From assembly GCA_965637545.1 (NCBI GenBank), contig OZ281497.1:21576001-21640000 (forward strand): a stretch of DNA of 64,000 nucleotides, in the 5' to 3' direction. Below are positions 58,501-64,000 of the stretch, piece by piece. Origin of the DNA: Phallusia mammillata (Eukaryota). The position numbers were made by a program, and so were the translations under genes. How positions within the stretch are numbered: the first letter of the stretch is position 1; every line of letters begins with the position of its first letter. The notes beneath the pieces were generated by a model that was not told where the DNA came from, ran no database searches, and was given only the letters and a program-made list of their open reading frames with translations.

Positions 58501-61500
58501 ACGTGCGTAGCCCCAGAACCGATTGCGGTCGTGCAAGAAACCCCAAATATCAGGGTCCCAGATGCGTGGGTGCAGGGTAGATGCTTATAGAAATTTCATT
58601 CATCGCGTCGTTTGGATGGAAACGACGGTTTAGTGCGCCTTGCCGTTGGGGGCCACCCGGGTATCTGGCGGCTCAGTGGAAAGGTTGGGTCACGGGGTCA
58701 AGGGTGTGCGTGAACGGATATAGGGTGACGTCAGTTCCGTGGGTCTCCCAACTTGTTGTTGTGTAGCACGATTTAAACATGTTCTGTTGCGCAGAAACAT
58801 ATGCGGTTTTGTCATGTAATTACAGAGTGCAGATACGTGAACGTGACGAAAAACAATGGGTTATTCAATCGGTTAACAATGGGTTATGAAGGAAAACGAA
58901 GCACATTAGGATAAGTTACCGAGAAAAACGAGGCAGATAGGTCCCTAAATGAAACCCAATCGTCATCACATCCCTATGAAACTTTTACTTAACACTTTTA
59001 TTTGTTTTTTTACGTATGTGCAAAATTTACATGCTTTTAGCTGTGCAATGTTCAAGAAATTGGTTTCATGACAAACAAAAAATATTAGGAAATCTTATTA
59101 CACATCGTTCGCACGAAGGGGCGTCCACTTTCTCCCACAATAAAAACGCGTAACATCGCATTGTCTCCTAGCGCGAAATGGACAATGCGCAGAGAAGAGG
59201 TGCGACGTCGATTGTCCACGTAAAGCGCGGGGCAGTTAACCCCCGAATCGCGCGGTAAAGAGGGGTTATTAACGCCGAATGAATTCTAATTCGCCTTCAT
59301 TAAGTCGCCGTGCGATTTTCTCCGGATTTTTGATGACGTGCAAGCCGTTACGACATCTCTGTTGTAAATACACGTTTCGTTACGCTTGCTCGTGCTGACC
59401 GACATGAGGTTTGGATTGTAAAGTTGTCGATGTGCTTGTTTGTTTATTCGCGGCAACAGCGATCAAAGCGTGCACTTTTTGCGGGAAAGGTGCTGCAATG
59501 GTCAGACTCGCGTTTTCAAGTGGGAACGTGGCATGTTAAAGTGAATGAGTGAAGAAAGTATTTTATTAGATAAATATAACACAACAGGATAACGTAACAA
59601 CCATATCGTGTTTTAAAATGTTTTGAATTCCAAATGATACGCACATTCATATTTGGATAAAACCAATAATTTAGAATATAATAAGAGAATAAGTATTTTT
59701 TTTTCAAGAACCAAAAATTATCCTTACATAAATCCTGCCAAAACTATTACGTTAGTGGTTTAAAATTAAAACTTTTTTTATATTTAAAAAAGTCATTCCA
59801 TGCTTGTCCTACGCATTATGCAGTGACCTGATAAGAATGCAAGGGTGTCTTCATTAGCAAATATTTTTTCACTCGCCGAGAGATATGCGTGTGGAAAAAG
59901 ATCACGAGGTCACAGATCTTTTGGCACTAGGAAGGCCATTTCTTTCATCTGACTCGATATAGCGTTGCAAATGGCCGTTCCTGATACATTGCAATTAGTG
60001 ATGCACCCCGTACGTGCCTTAACGTAAGGTCAGTGCATTACACAGCGCTAAAGGCAAGTAAACAATTCCACAATGTTACAATCAACTGGACAATGCCCCC
60101 TGTCTTGAATACAGATCTTAAAAAATTTATTGCCCTTTCCAGGGGCAGATGACCAAACATCGAGATAGTAAAAGTTAGCGTGTTTGTCTATCTGTTTCCC
60201 GGCGCGTTCAGCTGATCAAACACGTCCTTACGTAGAGTAATGTCCACGCGCGGGGCATAAACTGGGTTCAGGCACGTTCTGGTGTTAGCCGAGAAGCGCA
60301 CGCTTGTTGCCCAGGCTTAAAGTCAACCAGATAAGACTCCCCACCGCCATTAAACAAGCCAAAACGGAAATCAACTTCCAAGCTGATATTTAGACTGATT
60401 CAAGCCGGGTTGTTGACTGTGGACCCACGATTTAACCTGGTAATTAACCCCAAGAGCCCACGCTTTTCGCAGGGCGGGATCCGTTACCCACGACGTGCAA
60501 ATGCCAATGAGGCAAAACCCTCCCGGCACAATTCTCGTTGACGTCAGTTTGTCATGCCCAACCGCTACCGTAATGTGATTAATGCCGCACATGCGCCGCG
60601 GGTCGGTGGACGCCAATCGCACTTTGCGCCCCGGTAAGTCGCCTTACGCACCGCGCTATAATAGCTGGGACGCATAATCGGGCAGTCACACGTCAGGTCA
60701 CGTGAAAACGTATGCCAACAGCTGCAAACCGGACACAGCACAAATAGGATTTCCTCCCGTATTTTGAAATGTGGAAAAGTCAACCAAGTATGTTGGTTTG
60801 TGATATGTTGTCATTAATGAGTTAAGTGCATGTGCGGTCTTGTACCGCTGCAAGTGTTAAATGTGACTATACGCTGCTGCATTGGATTAAGCGACCCTGC
60901 ATATACCACAATGTGTTGAAAAAATTCATAGACGCTGATGATCAGATGTCAAGCTTATCCACAGCACAGCCGTGTACACTATGTTTAGATTTTTATTCAG
61001 TAGATTCAATGAACCTACTCATTAAAAGTAACAACAAGATAATGTACCGATGTAGTGTATGTAAACCACTACAATCAACACCAAGATCGCAGAGTGGTTA
61101 GCGTTATTGCTTTGGGTTTCAAAGGTTATAGGTCCAATCTCGCCTGAGCCACGTGTCGCCCTAAACAAGAAGCTTAAACGGAAGTATTTAAAACCAGTGG
61201 AACTAGATGGGTTGAACAAAATTGAAGTCACCAACTTTCGAGATAAAAGATGATTCAACGGACTGGTAATGTATATTCAAAACAAAGATTCAATTATGAG
61301 CACAACGCAATCATATGTTACTTGCCAATAAAAATAAAAATAAAACAAACAAACAATCATTAGCATGCGGTGTGGAGGTCGAACTGGCAAACCTATGCAA
61401 TAAACTTATACGTATCACAGAGGATGAGTCACCATGTAGGTTCACCTCAAAGGAGTTTAATTTTTTGGCTAGCGCAATTATTCCAGTATATGCTTCGGTG

Positions 61501-61564
61501 CGCGTAAACCCTTAGATGTTGTGTTGTAAATATGCGAGCAGGCAACTTTCGCAAGTGGATATGG

Positions 61565-62467
61565 CAGTGGCGGGCAACTTCTCCAGTCGGCGGGCCTGAT
61601 ATGGGAAAATAAAGTACTTGGCGGGCCGGATTCCCGAATCGATACATTAATCGCGTATTTATCCAGTGATTTAAAACGGATTTTTGACCACCTAAACCAA
61701 TGGTCTTCAACCATTTTAGCGAAATCGCCCCCTTGCTAGGGCACTGGCTCAATATCGCCCCCCATTATATCGTTTTTTTTTAAAGTTCTTGACTCTTGAG
61801 CATTTGCGTGCAATTAGATTTACCCAGCACCAACGAATGCTTATGTTAACAGTTAAAACCCAATTTAATTGCTACAACAACACTGAGGGTCAATTTCACG
61901 CAATTCTAACGCATCCAAGCAAAGTTTGTGACGTCATAGACAAGATAACATCATACGATTATGCGCAAACAATAGCTATTTTTGTTATTTTGATTAAAAG
62001 TAATGGGGCATTACTCGGCAAAAGAGAAACCTATACATTCCACATTAATAACTTACACTAGATTTATCAAATTTAAGGATGATACAAAAACTTCGCAGTT
62101 TTTGAAGCGCTAGCAGACCTATAGAAAGTGTAAAAGTGAAACAAGTTTGAGGGAAAGCTCGTTACCGTTATATTAAAAAGGTATAGCCGGTCACCATACA
62201 TAGTGCATACACCAATTTAATGCATACACCACAGACTTAGATAGTTTTTTTTGCTTAGATAGTAACGGCGGGAAAGTTTTTTTGCTATTGGGGAGCGTTA
62301 CTGTCCGTTACAACTATAATTTGACGTAGTATGCAAGTAGTGGGGGATTGCGGCAGACTGTGGCCGCGGGCCACATTACCATGTATGACCCGGAAACTGT
62401 CTGCGGGCCGGTCAAAATCCCGTCCCGGGCCGGATCCGGCCCGCGGGCCGTATGTTGCCCGCCCCTG
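61565..62467 (-). mobile_element. hAT non-autonomous element, copy 2 (inverted relative to 38169-39037)
   Basis: Same TIRs; its own perfect TSD GGATATGG (61557-61564, 62468-62475); ~34 bp longer than copy 1. Confidence 0.95.
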
Positions 62468-63119
62468 GGATATGGGGTTACAAAAGACTTCCAGTTAAAA
62501 ACATACACTGTACACGCCATATTGTACCCATTGATTAGCCATAGAGCTGCTTTTAAATAAGCAACAAACGTGGGAAATGCAGGAATCCCGTTTTTCTATG
62601 AGCCGTGTTGGACGTCGTTATCGAGGCATTAATATTTGTTTGCTCAACACCAAATTTACCACTGAAGTGTATAGAATAAATCGCTATTCCTTAAAACAAT
62701 GTGAGTTTTTTGTCAAAACGGGCTTAATCGGAGAAAAGCTCGCGATATCACTGAAAACTGGGTCACGCGGTTTTACACAAAGTTTTCTAGGTCACGCAAG
62801 CAAAACGGTAAAGATCACGGCTTCAAAACAACATAATATACATAAAGATAACCGCGGAACAAAAAAAAAATTAAAGACAAAAACGATTTGTTAATTTATG
62901 AAAAGAAAAATAAGGAAACTACGGACTGTGGTTACGGATTTACGTGTTTTGTACATGCTAATATTAATGCTGGTATCTGAAAGGTCTACCCTTACTATTT
63001 ACGGAAAACAATGACGATAATCCTTGTTCTAACGCCTTCCATGAGAATTTAGGTAAAAATAAAATTAACGTGCTGGAAACCGAAGGTCACTGCCCCTTCT
63101 TATTTGCTGTAATCAAATC

Positions 63120-63690
63120 TAACGTCACGTTTCAAAGTTTAATTCACAAATTGCGTGTATGATGGGTTAACAGCTTCGAAAGTGTTATTACTTTTAAACC
63201 ACACAATGTTTTTGGGTAAATTTACAAATCGCGTATATTAGTGATTCCCAACCACGGAGAAATTTTGAAACTTATTTTTTACATGTGGTTTGTAAATAAA
63301 CACTTAAGCTCTGGGGCATGACCTGTGAAGTTGAAATGACCCAAAATGCTCGTTTGGTTTAACATCTACCACGCAGTATATTTTGGTGGAATGAAAATAT
63401 TTTTGAATGGTTAAGGGAGAAATTCGTCGAAAGTTTTGGGAAAACTAGCGTATATGATCGGTTCAATTAAAGCTTCGAAAGTTTTATTACCATAAAATCA
63501 CACAACGTTTCAAAGTTTAATTCACATATCGCGTGTATAATGGTTTTGAAACTTTGGCCTTTTCATTTCTGTCAAACATAACGGTTAAAACTTCGCAATT
63601 GACATCTATGATGGGTTCAAAGTTTCGACAGTTTTATTACTAAGTTCAAATCACCAAAGTTTGATTCACAAATCGCGTGTGTAACGGTTA
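63120..63690. repeat. Degenerate dispersed/tandem repeat (~80-bp modules)
   Basis: GTTTCAAAGTTTAATTCACAxATxGCGTGTAT and AGCTTCGAAAGTxTTATTAC modules recur several times. Confidence 0.6.
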
Positions 63691-64000
63691 GAGCGTAGAT
63701 GATTGGTCGGTCAGGATTTCTGGAAGGTTTGAAGAAGCATATGTGACACGGCGCTAAGCGGTCCTTGAGGGTCGTAATGTTGCGAAGTGCAATCAAGTCG
63801 TTAGACGGATTTCAAAGTGAAGCTCAACCTCAATATAAAATTGCCCTAATTTTTCCTCATATATATCTTGTGCATGATCAAAGCGCACATCGCTCAACCA
63901 TCTGCACCCGTGTTTAGGAGAATTGCCTTATCCCACCAGAAGCCTGACAGGCTGGCATTTTTGCTATGAGTTAGGAATGCGGGAATAAATTGCCGTGGGC

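Overview
AT-rich eukaryotic genomic DNA with spliceosomal introns. It is probably an invertebrate chordate such as an ascidian; this is an inference from the Klf1/2/4-type gene, the compact introns and the mosaic CpG pattern. Four intron-containing genes were reconstructed by hand with consistent exon phases. (1) A catalytically intact calpain (+, about 1.2-8.8 kb) has only the protease core and domain III, and apparently three alternative first coding exons. (2) SNRPA1/U2A' (-, 9883-17539, 255 aa). (3) CARM1/PRMT4 (+, 18669-25718, 581 aa), head-to-head with SNRPA1. (4) A Klf1/2/4-type zinc-finger gene (-, 29502-31398, 515 aa). The remaining ~32 kb upstream of the KLF gene has no recognisable host gene. 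It contains CpG-rich enhancer-like blocks, many hAT MITEs with intact 8-bp TSDs, and two defective, near-identical Penelope-like retroelements (PLEs). The best finding is a minimal type I hammerhead ribozyme motif in the 3' terminal repeat of both PLEs (44964-45009 and 50603-50648). Each has a palindromic ACGU helix III that needs a partner to fold, and an inverted partial copy lies at 49327-49431. Also notable are a Helentron-associated-like element with a polarised 140-bp tandem array, a GC-AG intron, an overlapping bidirectional poly(A) signal, a junction-spanning uORF and a PLNLS motif in the KLF. No CRISPR array, tRNA or rRNA was found. All coordinates were counted by eye; no searches were run.
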